A DNA stretch of 64,000 nucleotides from Tubulanus polymorphus (lineage: Eukaryota; Animalia; Nemertea): assembly GCF_964204645.1 (NCBI RefSeq), contig NC_134026.1:15906150-15970149 (forward strand). Reading direction: 5' to 3'. Of the stretch, positions 19,310 through 36,437 are shown one piece after another. The notes below the pieces were generated by a model. It was given only the letters and a program-made list of their open reading frames with translations, did no database searches and was not told the DNA's origin. How positions within the stretch are numbered: the first letter of the stretch is position 1; every line of letters starts with the position of its first letter. A program made the translations under genes and the position numbers.

Positions 19310-20010
19310 AATTTTACTTGATAACTCCATTAAATTAATCATCGTATCCTTTAAATTTTACTTAAGAATACTTTTTTCCTTTAACAGTTTTTGTCTATAA
19401 TACTTTTTAAATTTCATATTCTATTTCATCTGGATTTCGTACAAATGATAATTCTTGTTCATAATCTTGTTCATAGTCCTCTTATTCATAAACAAATGGT
19501 TTAGTAAATATGATTTTTTTGATTTTAAATATTTCTTCTGTAAATTTAGGAGTATAACCACAAATTCTAACATGTTGCCCTTTTCAAAATTTAGGTTCTC
19601 CAAAATCATGTGTTACAAATGCACCATATAAATTATTCCAAACTATTTCTGAATTTTCTATTTTTCTAGCATTTATTGGTTTCATATTTGTAGAACTACG
19701 TGTAGAATTATTATGACCTTTTACTAAATCATCTAATATATCAATATATTTATATGTTTCATTTGCTGTAAAATATTTCCACATTCTGGATTATAATGTT
19801 TTATTAAATCTTTCTATAACGGATGATTTTTTTATTTGAATGTGTATAACATTCTTTACCTTCATCAAATTGTATTTTATCTAGAATATTTTTTTTAAAC
19901 GCATTTGTCACTTCTAAACCAATTTTATTCTTAATTTCAATTGACCATGCATATCTACTAAAAATATATATAACATTTAATATCCAGAAATAATCTGTTT
20001 TATACCTTTC
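19310..20010 (-). pseudogene. Integrase pseudogene (copy B)
   Basis: MWKYFTANETYKYIDILDDLVKG...WNNLYGAFVTHDFGEPKF is nearly identical to the 40458 integrase; many frameshifts. Confidence 0.9.
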
Positions 20011-20044
20011 ATCTTGATAATTATTATTATACGCCTAAATATGC

Positions 20045-20390
20045 TCTCTATTATTTTCTCGCCATTGTTTATTCATTTTTTTTACATTTTTCCAGATTAT
20101 CCGTCGATATTGTATATTCATTTATTTATATATCTGTATATTTTTACATTTATTTATTATTTTCACGATATTGTTTAATATTATCTTTACATTATCTGGA
20201 TTATCTCTATAATATTGTTTACTATTTTGATTTTGACAGCTTTTGCAATTATTTCGTAAAAGATTTTAGCTAATCTTACGTTTATGAAATTCTGCTAATG
20301 GTCATTATATTTTCAACATGTCTTATGATTTATATTAACAACACCAGTATTATTTGTAATAGTTATAGTTTGTGGTTCTTCTGTCTCCAT
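20045..20390 (-). pseudogene. Zn-finger protein pseudogene (homologue of the 37048 ORF)
   Basis: METEEPQTITITNNTGV... versus MESEQPQTINITNNTGV; FHKRKIS and CKSC motifs retained. Confidence 0.75.
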
Positions 20391-20446
20391 TTATTACACA
20401 CAATTTTTATAATAATTATTGACATGATAAATTTCTATTCATAATG

Positions 20447-21115
20447 TTATTTTCTTTACCTTCCTCCTTTTTAAATTTCAAATATCCGTCTAAATTACAA
20501 CCATATGCGACTGTGTGAATTCCGTTGTTTAAGATTTATCTTTTATCATCGATAGGATTTAAACTCATTTTTTCTATTTCTTCAATAAACATTTCTTGAT
20601 CTTCTGATCTCAGACATTTGATTTTGTTTTTTGCTAACTTCTTCATTAAAAATACAATTTTTATATTCTTTAAAATGAATATTTTTTTCAACAACATGCT
20701 TTGTTATTCCTTTTAATTTTTTTGATCCATGAGTTTTAGTTTTATATGGACACATTTTTGATCTAATTCTTATCATTTCTTTCAAAATCATGTACTAAAT
20801 TATTTGTTTTTATTTTCAAAATATAATAATCAAAGCGTCAAAATGAAGTATTTCTATATTTTTTTCTCCAAAATGTGGTCGTAAAACATAATAATAAAAT
20901 TCATACATTAATAATTTTGATATTTATAAAACTGAAGCTCCACCATGAATTGGTTTATTAAAATTTCATCGATGTTCTTTTCATTTTTACTGCTGCTAAA
21001 TTTTCATCAAATTCATCCTAAAAATATTGGATACGTTTGTGAATGTCTAATTCTTTTTCCATTAGTAACTAATTCAATACCATTTCCATTTCTAATATTT
21101 TCAAATTCACATACA
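20447..21115 (-). pseudogene. pPolB C-terminal fragment (copy B)
   Basis: ENIRNGNGIELVTNGKRIRHSQTYP and IRSKM...KKLKGITKHVVEKNIHFKEYKNCIFNEEV match the C-terminus of 50182-52443. Confidence 0.9.
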
Positions 21116-21809
21116 TTTATTTTCATATTATCCAAATGTACTTTAGATAATTTATGTTTTGAAAAATTACTACGACTTGTATATTTATCACAGACTTCAC
21201 AATATTTATCATTATCATTATCTTTTTCATTAATATCATCATTGATATTATCCAACTTATTGATATCTTCATTATGCTTAGATGAATTGATATAAGTTGC
21301 CCAATTCTTTTACTTTAATATTCTTTACATACGTCACAATATTTTTCATTTGTTTGAATATCAGTTTCAATTTTTGAATTAGATTTTTGAATTAGAAGGT
21401 TTAATATCTATATTTTCATTATAATTAGATGTAGATTCAATATTGTTATCTTCTATTTTACTTATTCTATATTTGAATTGATTATAAAATTCTCCAAAAT
21501 ACTTACTATATTTATAAGGTATTATATAATATATATCCGATATGGTTTCTATTTTATATGTTCCTCTCTACATTTATTATACAATTTTTTCATTAAAAAT
21601 GATTTTATCAATACATAACAATATATATTGTCAATCGCTGTATTTACGAATGTATATACAGTGATTGACAATATATATTGTTATGTATATAGCGTGTATA
21701 TGTATGTACTAATTCTACTAAAACGACTTAAGACACTTAAGACACTAAGACATAGGGGATACGTATTAAATCCATATAAAGATTATTATATTGTTTTAAT
21801 AAATAATAC

Positions 21810-22549
21810 TGTGTAACTGAGAATAAGTTATATTTAATTGAGCATCAGAAATAATATATGCATGCATTTTATAATTATCAATTCCTATTTTTCTTTTTCA
21901 TAAACAATTGTATTCCATCTTTTGTATTTTCTAATCTTTTACCAGAACCATGTCATGAATCATTTTCAGCTGTTCTAAAAGGAATATATTCTATTTCAGG
22001 ATTATAATAACTATAAAAATTTATCGCACCATTCGAATATATTTTAGTAAAAAATATCAATATTACTTTAATTGATCTTCTAGGAAAGTTAATATTTTCA
22101 TTAATTATTTCATCACTTGCACCAATAGTTACAGTTTTAAATTTATCTATATAATCATATAATAATGAAAATCCTTGATTATATTGAGTTTTAATTGTGT
22201 AAGCAATATTTTAATTAGTTACTGTATCATATTCTAAACATATATTTGATGATTTTTAACCCACGTCTCTAATTGCACTCCATAATACTATTTCATTTAC
22301 AGGCGCAAATGTTATTTCAAATATTAAATCTCCTTGAATTGCATATTCATATGATGGAGAATTATTATTAATTAATTCAAAATCTAATGGAATTTTATGT
22401 TTACTACCATAATGTTTTTATTAAATTATCTGCAGCATTATTTACTATTGGATTATTTGCTTTTGATCTAAATTTATCTTAATTTTCTTTTTGAATTCCT
22501 TGAAATATCATATTTTTCCTATTCTCTTTTGTTTACCATAAATATTTGT

Positions 22550-22550
<1 letters not shown>
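21810..22550 (-). pseudogene. Major capsid protein fragments (copy B)
   Basis: Collinear with 43478-44400 (IPLDFELINNNSP, ICLEYDTVT, NINFPRRSIK, ISDAQLNI) with internal deletions. Confidence 0.85.
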
Positions 22551-25790
<3,240 letters not shown>

Positions 25791-28700
25791 AAACCTCTTT
25801 ACGGTATAGGCTTATCCTTCACATGATGACTTAAGCGTCTGTTTGGCGGGGATGCCCGCCCATACTCAGGTATCTCAAGATCGGTGCAAGTTGCTCGTTC
25901 TACATTCAATTATCAAATTGTCAAATCTACGAATTTGTCGCCTTTGATTGCCTGCAGTTCGTGGTTAATAGTAGCAAAATTTTAGCACGTGCGGCAGTTG
26001 TGCTCTTCCCGTTCTCATCTTTCATATGTACACAAAGATGATGGTGTATTTCCAGAAGTGTATTGATGAGGTTTTCGGACAGAATTTCGGGGTACAATTT
26101 AACATCATCCGACCAGGTGACACTTTTTATAATATTTGTCGTCTCGTCCATGTTTATTTTCTGCCTTAAACGCTGATTCATACATAAAATGATTCAATTT
26201 TTCAGTTTTATTTTAAGTTAAATATAACTTCATCAATTTTTGGGAAGTTTTCGATACGCTGTCGTGTACGGTCTTCGTAATTGGTTATGTATGTCTAATT
26301 TATGATTATTGCAAAGGTGTGCGAGGGCTTTATTTCATTTTTGTTGTAGGTGATTATGAGGGCTGAGATTAGGCAAGATGTTGGCATAGCTGAGTCGAAT
26401 GAAAAGATTCTCAGCTATCCACTGTGTTGCCGAATTTGAGTTTTCAATGAAATCAATGTATAAGATTTTGAAACTACGATCGCGGAAATCCAAATTGCTA
26501 ATGTAAGCAAATCAACAAGGACAATACGTATATCATGACGCCGCTGTTTTACACTCATTCATGATTCTCAATCTGATAAACCGGAAACTATACCTAGCAA
26601 ACCCAAGACAATTGCTTGCAATAACAGTTTCTTTATCACGGGTATCAAATACTTACGAAAAACCGTGCTAGATCTCTCGTAATGCACGCGTGGAGTGCGT
26701 TCACACTAGAAGTATAGGAAGTATAACTTAGTATAGGATTCTTACTTGGGCTATGATCGCCAAGTTATTGTCATTGTATGCATTTTATTACCTCTTCAGC
26801 ATCTCCAATAAATTATACCAACATCTCAAAACAGATATACAGCGATTGCTAACCATTTTACCTAACTCTCAACAAGAGGGCCGTGGTGGTATAATATAAT
26901 TACCAGTATTCAAAGATTTTCATCGTAACAATGTGGCAAGTTTTAACATACTAACGATGGCTGTATGCGATGAGGCGATTATGTTCATTTCTTGTTCATA
27001 TATCCTCGCATGAAAACACAAGGAAGCCAACTGAGTTGGGATTATCTGATATATGTTACTTCAAGCGGCATCTGCCCTTAATAAGAACGCGATACATGTC
27101 ACCCGCAGTCCGATATACTTCGAAGTAGTGCGTTATGCGTTAAGTCAATTGAGCTGCTTATCTGGAATTTGGGTCGGCAGGTAGACACTACACATATGTC
27201 GCGAATTGTCGATCTGTAAATTCCTTTCCTTTCACAGTGCACTATGTTTTATAATAATATGTTCGTTTATCAAACTCCGTATCATAAATAGTTTTTTTTG
27301 TATGGGATTCGAATGGTGCAATCCGTTTCTAAATACGATATATAAGAACAAATTACGTTATATCTTATTATTCTACATTTCTAAATCGTTTTCTTATTAG
27401 GTCAACCATTCATTTTGCTTGCGTTAAAAATTCGACGATCGGATTTTCATTTAGATCAGTTCAGATTATTCTACTGGTGTCTTTTTGTTGCCAGCCACTA
27501 ATACGTGTAGGTTTTTCTAACGTTTTTCATGATGACATTGCACACGTCGTGACAAGTTAAAATAACTTTAAATTGTTAGTCCAGATCTTAAAGTGCATCC
27601 AGGGCATTGCTCCTGCATATTTACAGCACTTTATCTGCATTCAGACATTACGTTAGTTACAGCGCTACACGACTGTTAATTCTAATACGGCTATAGTACC
27701 TGGAAGGCGCACTATATATTTTGTAATCGTGACTTTAAATCTTACGAACCTCGTTTACGGAACCCTTAAGAAAATATAACATGTTTTCTAGACAAAATAA
27801 ATATGTTTTTGTAAACATGTTTCCCCTCAGTAAAATGTGTTTTCAAAACACATTTTTGAATAAGAAAATGTGTTTTTCAAAATATGTTTCTCCCTAGAAA
27901 AATGTCTTTCAAAACATATTTTTGCAAGAAATTATGTTTTTGTAAATATACCTTTACCTTAGAAAAATGTATTTTGGATTACATTTTGAATTAAAACAAT
28001 TAGTTTCTCCTCAAATGACCTCTCTTGTTTCCTCTCTTGTTCATAAATCCTAGCCTCAGCGATATACTGCAGTGATGCTACCAATACAGAAACCCATTTT
28101 CTTTCAAAATTGACAAAAATTGAGACCTACTTATCTTCTAAAATAATTTATTTAGTCAGTCATCATTTTTACAACCAGATTCTCTCTCACGGCATCTATT
28201 TATTTTCGATCGCAATGAGCTTCGGATTTGGCTCCGAGAAGTCCCAGGAAACTGTTCACGAACGTGGTCTGAAAAACATACAAAAATATTAACAATTTAA
28301 AATTTTACATGACAGATCAATCTTACTTAAGACACATGTTTCATGTGGATGGACAAGGTAACCATCTGTATGTCATCTAAAGTTGATTGTCTAACTCTGA
28401 TCTATTTGGACCATTATTTTTTAGCGAGTTAATCAAATACTTCATCTAACATTAAATTTTATTACAATTTACAGGTTTATTATAGGCATTATCTATTAAT
28501 ACATGTTAAGTTATCATCAAATAAATCATCATTTTCATATATGATTTTATTATTTAATTTTAGTTTATCGAAATCAATTTCTAATGCATTGCATACTTCT
28601 TTTAATATAATTGCTATTTTATGAATAGCTAAGGAAATATAATTTTGTAAATCATTAATTTTTTAATTTAAATTATCAACATTTGAATGATTTTTCAAGG

Positions 28701-29039
28701 AATATCTATTACAAGAGTTTTTATTGTATATATCACATGTAAAACCTTTATGTTGAGTAGTTGAGTATGTTGCCTTGATTCTAATAAGAATTGATGAAAA
28801 TGATCATCTTAATTTATTTATCAAATATTTATCGAGCAATTTATTTAAGAAGTATATATATTTTTATTTGATTCTATCAAAATTGTTATAAGCCTAGTTT
28901 GTATTGTAACAATATAACAATACAAATTTTAATAGAATCAAATAGTAATTAAACTCAAATAGCTATTCAAAGTTACTATATTTTTATTTGTTTCTATTCA
29001 ATTAATGACTAACTCGCACAGGGCAAGGGACCTGCATAA

Positions 29040-31045
29040 AGTACGTACACTTGACTGCCAGGTATTTTAACCGCCATTGTACGCTCTCTGTACAATTTTT
29101 TATAACCCCCTTGCGTACTTACTTTAATGAATAACCCCCCTCCCTGTATTAGTGTAAGAGCTTTTCAGAATCCATGGTTTAAAAAAGGCAAACAGCCTTG
29201 ACTAACAGCCATCATCAGGTGGAATCAGAGCTTTTAGTAAATTAGTAGTAAATTTTTAGTAGGGGGTCATTCCACCTGATGATGGCTGTTAGTCAACAGC
29301 CAAAACGTTGTGGTTTCGTTTTAATAAACTATATCATATAAAATTCCTTACCTTCAATGGCCTGCACTGCCTGCGCTGATCAAGGATAGGGCGATCATTA
29401 TTCTTATGACCCTTTAATGTGTGGGTTGCAAGAACCTTGGTCCCAAATACTGCCGTCAAGAGGTCGGAGGCGAACACAGCAAACGATTTTGAATTCAGAC
29501 GGCCCTCCATTTGTTCCGATATATATTTGAAGATCTGAAACAAACACGAGTAACAAACAGATATTAAATGAATATGTCGGAATGAATGTAGATTAAGAAA
29601 GATTGTTAAGATTGTTTCTGCATTTTACTTACCAGTCCACTTTTTGTTTTTGGTGTCGATGATAAAGGAGATACCCCTGTAATACAAACAAATCAATGAC
29701 TCGAGTTAGTTTTGAAGCCATATAATAATTAAAAAAACCAAATTTACTCGTCAAACGAGTTTTATGCTATAACATACCTGCTATCGTCGATGTATTTTCC
29801 TTTTTTTCTCCAAATATTGGTTAAGCTTGAGGTGATTTTATTTCCTTATCTTAAATGAAATGTTAAAATCCTGTAATATTGAATATAATTTTCATCATTG
29901 CTTATTCATTAGGCCTATAACTAGGCAAACTAACCGACTAAATCAATTGCACTGGAACAATGAGGGAGTGATTCTTGAGGTCTTGGCTTCTCTTTTGTCG
30001 TCAAAACATCCACAAGCAATTGAGCCTTCATGAGACAATTGTACGTTTCTGTAAAAATAAGGAGTTGTATATTTGTATGGGGTTATTTTGTGTCTGCACT
30101 AGACTCCTTACTCTGTACCACTCAAATCCATAAAACTGCTCAAGTTTTCACTAAAATTCATTTCGTTAAACTTTCAAATTTTTTCAAGGCAAAGTCTACT
30201 GTAACTTGATTGACAAAATGTAATTTTTCAACAACTAAAAACATACGTTTGTACTCAGCAAGCTCGATTTCAGCTCCTATCCGCCGTTCCTGCTCTTCTT
30301 TCAGTTGTAATTCAAGACGCGTGACCTCATCATTATCTGAACTCTCATCAATTGGCGTCTCTTTTATATCCGTTAGGATATTTCTAAAATGAAGCTTTGC
30401 CGAATTGACTGAATTTGACTGATTTTCTTCTGCACAAAAACAAAAATAATCGTTAAATACATGTATCAAAAGAAATGCAAGAAACACTTAAGCGCTTAAC
30501 ATTAAGGGTGGTTCGTCTTAGCTGAAAACTGGATCTTTTTAACTTGTGATAGGCCTATGTGGACAACGAATATATTAATATCCTTATCATCATAACACAA
30601 TTCTAGGCGGTGGAACATTGCAATCTGCTTTGGGTTTCAACAAATTCATGAGAACTCAGTACGATCACCAAACATCTTACGATTTCTAGCAAATTTTCTA
30701 TGTTAAATCAGCAAGCAAATCATCAGACGTGTTGTCGGATTTAAGTGTCTTGATGAAATCGTGCAACAAATAAAAATTACATCAAATAAAATCTATCATA
30801 TCACGGGCGCCCTATAATTTCCATGCCTAAAGCTTTCTTCCTCCGTCGGTTTTCCTTCTCCATATCGTCGGTAGCTGATTCCTCCGAATCAGTGTCAATT
30901 TTCCTTTGTTGCTTGGGCCGTTTGCCCTTTTCAAGTTGATTTAGAGTTGGAGTTCCATTGTTTAGGAGTGGTAATTCGTCTACATTTATTGCTTTTACCT
31001 CCAATCTCGATGATATTCTCCGCAACTCACTCTGATCATCTGAAA
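29040..31045 (-). CDS. Fragmentary multi-exon gene or pseudogene with coiled coil and C-terminal BEN-like domain
   Basis: Exon-like segments with AG/GT borders at ~30801-31040, 30158-30430 (LELQLKEEQERRIGAEIELAEYKR), 29935-30048 and 29351-29535. FAVFASDLLTAVFGTKVLATHTLKGHKNNDRPILD resembles the BEN domain core. Full structure unresolved. Confidence 0.45.
29272..29313 (+). ncRNA. Mutated minimal hammerhead ribozyme (Penelope pLTR remnant)
   Basis: CCAC-CTGATGA-T-GGCTGTT/AACAGCC-AAAAC-GTT-GTGG, with core GAAA changed to AAAA. An inverted partial copy lies at 29198-29225. Confidence 0.65.
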
Positions 31046-32159
31046 TTCGAATGCGAGTTACATGAATTTCGATTTGATCTTATGACATATTTCCAGTTCA
31101 CTCGTTCTCCAGTAACCTAATTGACAGGCGATGATAGGTTGTGAAAATAAATCTTTTCAAAAATTAACTTTAGAATGTCAACTTTTGTCCGATAATTTGC
31201 TGGCCTTTCCACTCGTCTCAACACTATCACGTATCGAGAGTTTTTTCCCTAAAATATTCCATAAATCTATGTTGTACCAAACTCAATAACAAACGTATTA
31301 TCGTATTTTCTTCTAGCCTCGAGTGAAGCGAATTATGGGCGAAAATTAGCACTGGTTAAGCAATAGCAGGATTTGCGTCGTCATCGTAACCCGAGAAAAA
31401 GGCGAATTAAATATAATGAAAAAATATCGCTGTATCTATGACAACAAAGAGCGACAATGCAGGGCTGAGTGATATCGTTGAAAGATCGTCGATGTACAAC
31501 TAACCGAAAATTTTGAGAAAAGGTAACTGAGTAATATTTAAGTATTATTTTCACAAAAAGTAAATCGCCAAATTTTTGATAGTAAGTAATAAGTAATTAT
31601 TATCGGACTTGTTCTACCAAGAAACGACTTTTTAAAATCTAATAACCATAGCGGTTGAATCGAATCGCTTCGTCGGTGCGACCGCAAATCTTTCGCAGTA
31701 GTCGTTTCCTGTACATGTTTCATTATAAGGATGGAAGAAAAAGCAATGACAGTGAGTAGAAAATAACGCTAACTTTCTCTTTTCATTTCAGCGTGCAAAT
31801 TGCGAAGACCAGAACCTGCTATTTTTGTGTAAATCAGTCGATATGAATGAAATATAGTTGTTATAATCGTAACATTGACATTCATGATTTAGTCTATACA
31901 TCGACCCGTGTCATTTTCCGAAACATCGACAGTAATCCTCACCCGACAGGCGCCGATCCAGGGGGGGGGGGGTGCTTTGGGTGCTGCAGCACCCCCCCCC
32001 CCCCCCTTAAAGCCAAACGCACACGTTTGCCGTACGCCGATACGATGGTCATAAAGGTGTGCCCCAGCTTTAAGTCATCATTACTTTTCCTATGCCGACA
32101 TTTTTCCTGCATCTAAAGCCATCCGTACGTCTTTGCGATTCATCGTAAAGTATGACTAG

Positions 32160-32428
32160 AGTAATAGGCCTACCCGTGGAAACGGGTGTTTTCCTTTGGC
32201 CCAGAACTTCAGACTGTTCAATTCATTCGCAACGGAATTAAGTGGGGCCATTTAAAATCTATGTGTCCATGCCCGTGGAGACCCTATGAGCTTTGAGGAC
32301 CTGTACCCGTGGAGACCGGGAACTATCGGAGGTAAACAAAATATGTACGGTGTTGGGTGGGACTCGGACTCCTGACCCAGGTGGCAGTCTTGTACTCTAC
32401 TAAATGTGCCATTGAAACAGCATAGCGA
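32160..32428 (-). mobile_element. Possible tRNA-derived SINE
   Basis: Minus strand shows an A-box-like TGGCACATTTAGTAG and a B-box-like GAGTCCGAGTCCC at tRNA-like spacing, followed by a GC-richer body. Confidence 0.35.
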
Positions 32429-32542
32429 TACAGTACTGTAGAATTGTTTTGGTACAGTCTGCCTCCGTTTGACCCCCTATCGATATTTTCACATCTGTTT
32501 ATACCCGTTGCATTAGTTTATTGCAAAATTTCAAGGCCCAAT

Positions 32543-32622
32543 TGTATATATGTATGTACGTATGTATGTATATATGTATGTATGTATATATGTATGTATG
32601 TATATATATATATATGTGTGTG

Positions 32623-32677
<55 letters not shown>

Positions 32678-32695
32678 ATGCATGTATGTATGTAT
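32543..32695. repeat. Compound (GTAT)/(AT)/(GCGT)n microsatellite
   Basis: Seen directly in the sequence. Confidence 0.97.
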
Positions 32696-32728
32696 CAAAC
32701 CTTTGATCCTAATCGCAGTTTTGAAAAA

Positions 32729-34300
32729 CTAAACTATATCCATAACCCAGATGTTACTACCCAATATGCCATCAAACTCTACTTTCAGTTCATTATACGT
32801 CTCATACGAATCGGATAGCTCCAGCGTTTTCGTACACGTTCTGCCAAATGGAGCCCTTGTAAGGCCATTTGGCATCTGATTGAATAAAATCTTTATAACA
32901 GGTGTATTGCAGAGGTCGGAGCCAGTACAAAATCGCAAAAATCTCTGCTGCTCTTTCGTGTCAAAAGAGCGGATATAACGTTTTAGATACGTAGCAACGG
33001 AAGACTCCAATGGCGTCATATTTTCTGGGAACGAAAAAGAATTTACAATTTTTTGCTTTCGGTTTTAATTCTTCGTACATTTTAGCGAATTGGTCGCGCG
33101 TTATCCTGAGATTGCCTCGGACTACGACCTTCATACTGTCAACAATAAACATAGTTTGTGGCTGATATCACTGATCAAGGTGTGAAAATTTTCCTTGTTG
33201 GGAATTTTCCTACAATCGTATCCCCCGAGAATTTCTATGACTTCATCGCAATCGTTGTTATCGTCATCGAAATTATCCAAAGCCCTTTTAATAACAACTG
33301 ATTCTGAGGCGGACACATAATTCAGAAATGATTCAATCAACTCAAAAGGGTTTGACACATAATCAAAAAGTATCAATTCAATAAATGGTTTTGCTAAGAA
33401 AATAGGGAAATAGCCATGACATTGCTTATAACCCGCAACAAGTATTCTAGCCACTGATTGCCATTTATCTGAGCCATAATCATGGCGAAGCAAGGGCACC
33501 ATTTCATCATTACCACTCATATTCTTTTTTAACTCCTCCCAGAAATCAGTGAGTGCGTCGGCAAAAACGCCACAACCTTCACCAGCTTCCAAATCCCCAT
33601 TTGGTTACCATACGTACACTTATCATTTTGTTCAATATAGTTTCATCTGTAAATGCGAGTATCATATCATTAATGATATTTGATAACATCTTAACATTTC
33701 AAATCTCAAGACAATTGTTCAAGGTGCTCTCAGAATTTCCTTTTGAAATTTTTTTTTTAAGTGCCGATTCACAGAACAATGGCCACCGATCGGCCATAAA
33801 TATTTTGATTGGCCCAAGTTTCAGCTAGCAGAGAGTTCAAATATAAAAGCATGTTGAAAAATAATTCCACATTTAATTATTCAATAGGGCTATAAAATAA
33901 GTATTTCTCTTACCTCTGTATGCAGATATATTCTGGGCACTTGAGTCACGGTGAGCTGCTCAGATATGTATCCATTAATCGTAAATGCATTTCCTGACGA
34001 CAGATTATCTGTAATCTCTGAACCAGTGAAGGTGGCAACAAAATAATCTAAGTGAAACAGAGATAACCTATGAGCAGCTGAGGTACCGCCAGGAAAAAAC
34101 ACGTCACAGCAAATCCTTATTAGGTCTGCTTTGGAGCATTCTTTATCAACATTCACTGGGTGTGTCCCACCACCTTTGGCTGGCTGAACTTGTTCAAATA
34201 GTTTATTCGAATCATTGTAATGTTTCCACCCTATTTTAAGACGACGAGTTTTCTCAAATGCATTTTTATTATCAGTGCGTACTGATAATTGGGTTGTCAA
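32729..34300 (-). pseudogene. G2E3-like HECT E3-ligase-domain gene, frameshifted
   Basis: EAGEGCGVFADALTDFWEEL...YFPIFLAKPF (33131-33592) and FLRFCTGSD...RAPFGRTCTKTLELSDSYETYNELKVEFDGIL (32729-33019; HECT C-lobe with catalytic Cys). Upstream exon RRLKIGWKH...GGGT...FFPGG (33914-34280). Confidence 0.75.
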
Positions 34301-34789
34301 GATCAAGATTTGTATTTGAATTATGCCTAGATGATTCAAAAAGGAAAAAGAGATATTTTTCGTATAACTAGTTTTAAAGCCAATATTCTTCCTAAAAACT
34401 TATCCTTACGAACTATATCTAGTCTACATAATACAAAGTGAATTAACTCTGGAGAAAATCAGACATGAAAAATACCACACACGTTTGAGTTTTGCATTTG
34501 AAATATGTTATTTGGATATTGCATGGAATATGAGAAGCTTTTTACCACTTAGGGCTTACTGGCATCTGTGTTTTAGTCGTGAACGCTCGCCAATCGTTGT
34601 AACGCCTAGGCCAGTAAAATCACAATCTGACAATGAATTTATGTCCTTTATATGTACCTAAGGAGAGAATATATCAATGGATTAAAAGGGCTCCAGGGGG
34701 TCACTTTACATTAAGTTATATATCGGGACTCTAACCCGATTGCATTTGAAAGTTTCCTAGTGGCAGTAAACATCTACCAGGTGGTGCTC

Positions 34790-35520
34790 CGGTAGAGCTG
34801 GAGTCGTGTTTCCAAATCCAAGAAAGTGATCGCGGAACCACTTTTTCGGCATAACACTCCTGAAGGAACTTGACTTTACTTTTGGCAGTCCTGGATTTGA
34901 TATAGCATTTCTCATAATTTCGGAAGCTAGCGACGAGGTACGGGAACGTGAAGAAGAAGAATTTTAATACGATACTTCGATCCGTGGGTAGCATGATCAC
35001 GATTGATAGAACACTATATCCGTGTTGACGCGATGTAGAGAGAATCCCACAATTGTAACGAAAAAGTCCGAAAATGAAACTTCGAGATAGTAGTTTATTT
35101 CAACGTTTCGACTATATCCTAATAGTTATCTTCAGGAATAAAGAGATACTACGAAAATTATGAGATATATATACAATCCAGAGACAAAGAGACTAATTCA
35201 AGTAATCAGAGATGATACAAACTGAAGGAAAATTTACGTAGAAACAGTTACACGCTAAAATAGATCAAAGGGAAGCAAACTAAGGGGTAATTATAAACTT
35301 CAATAGTGAGTATAAATATAAATTAGAACTTGAAATCAGTAGTAAAACGACAAACTAGTGGGCACTTAAATTAAAACAATGGTGAATACAAGTTGAGAGA
35401 CTAAAATAGATGAGAGAACAAATAACAAATAATCAGGTATTTCTATCAGATTGTAATCAGGCACTTCTCGATAAACATGTAGAGTGGAAATCGTAATTAA
35501 AAAACGTGCATAACATAGAT
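34790..35520 (-). mobile_element. Penelope-like element fragment (pLTR plus ORF start)
   Basis: Hammerhead at 35099-35138, then TTGTGGGATT and ACACGGATAT motifs shared with the Penelope at 55032-56105, then an ORF start with KVKFLQECYAEKVVPRSL. Confidence 0.65.
35099..35138 (-). ncRNA. Minimal hammerhead ribozyme
   Basis: Minus strand TTC-CTGAAGA-T-AACTAT...ATAGTC-GAAAC-GTT-GAA: intact CUGANGA and GAAA cores, stems I and II. Confidence 0.75.
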
Positions 35521-36029
35521 TGAAAATAAGTTTTGATTATACAGGGAACTGCTTACAAATTTTCACAAGACAGCTGCGATGAATTTAAATAGCTTAATAC
35601 GGCACGAGTTTAGCTAATATACGGGTTTAAAGGTTCATTTTCAGAGTCAATGGACGTAATTTCATAAATGCATTCTTTAAATGGAAATTCTATAGTAATC
35701 GATACAAATCATTTATATTAAGTGTTTTGTGTTAATTAAGAAACGTCATTCAAGGATTAAAGATCGTTATGAAGCTGATACATTTCATTCGTGTGGATTC
35801 TTCTCTCATTACCAGCGTTAATAGGAGATTCGCGTGTCACGCATGATAAAAATAAAGATATTCGAGTCGTATTTCTTTCATTTAAGGTCGCAAATTAGCC
35901 ATTGTCCTAGTCATTATTCTCATTTATACGTAATAGTGTATTCGGTATGAGGGTTTGTTTCTTTCTTCACTCCTTTATCGTCATGACGTGAAAACAAACC
36001 CTCTTGGTGGTTCGAAGAAACGTTGTCCA

Positions 36030-36320
36030 TAAGTCGGTCAACACCAGTTGTTTCTTGACGAAAGGGGTAAAATTCTCTGTAAAAGGCGCATTCAGAATTG
36101 TTCTTTACCACCTGATATGAAATATCCTATTCTCATTGCAAAACATTCTCGCTTAGCTGATTTGATAGCACATGATGCCCATTTGAGAGTGTTCCACCTC
36201 GGTGTTCCTGCAACGGTCACTAAGATTAGCGAAAGGTATTGGATAATTCAAATTCATCAGTTCATCAAGTCTCATGTGCGACGTTGCGTGACGTGCCGAA
36301 GGTTACAATCTTTACCGTAA
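36030..36320 (+). pseudogene. BEL/Pao LTR retrotransposon pol fragment (integrase HHCC zinc-binding domain)
   Basis: RIQNCSL...KYPILI...HDAHLRVFHLGV...YWI...VRRCVTCRR. Confidence 0.85.
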
Positions 36321-36437
36321 CTCAAAATTAATCAATAATTTTCTAACAATTGACATGAGAGACGATTTTGTAATTGTATGTTTGATCATGTATATATAAT
36401 ACTCCTTTGTTTATCTATTTCTAGAATCGTAGACCTC

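Noticed and set aside
31947-32010. G-run/C-run hairpin (possible G-quadruplex or terminator)
   Set aside because: Looks like an isolated MITE terminus (CAGGCGCCGATCCAGGG); no partner end found.
32444-32818. (CVRA)n ORFs
   Set aside because: Translations of the compound microsatellite.
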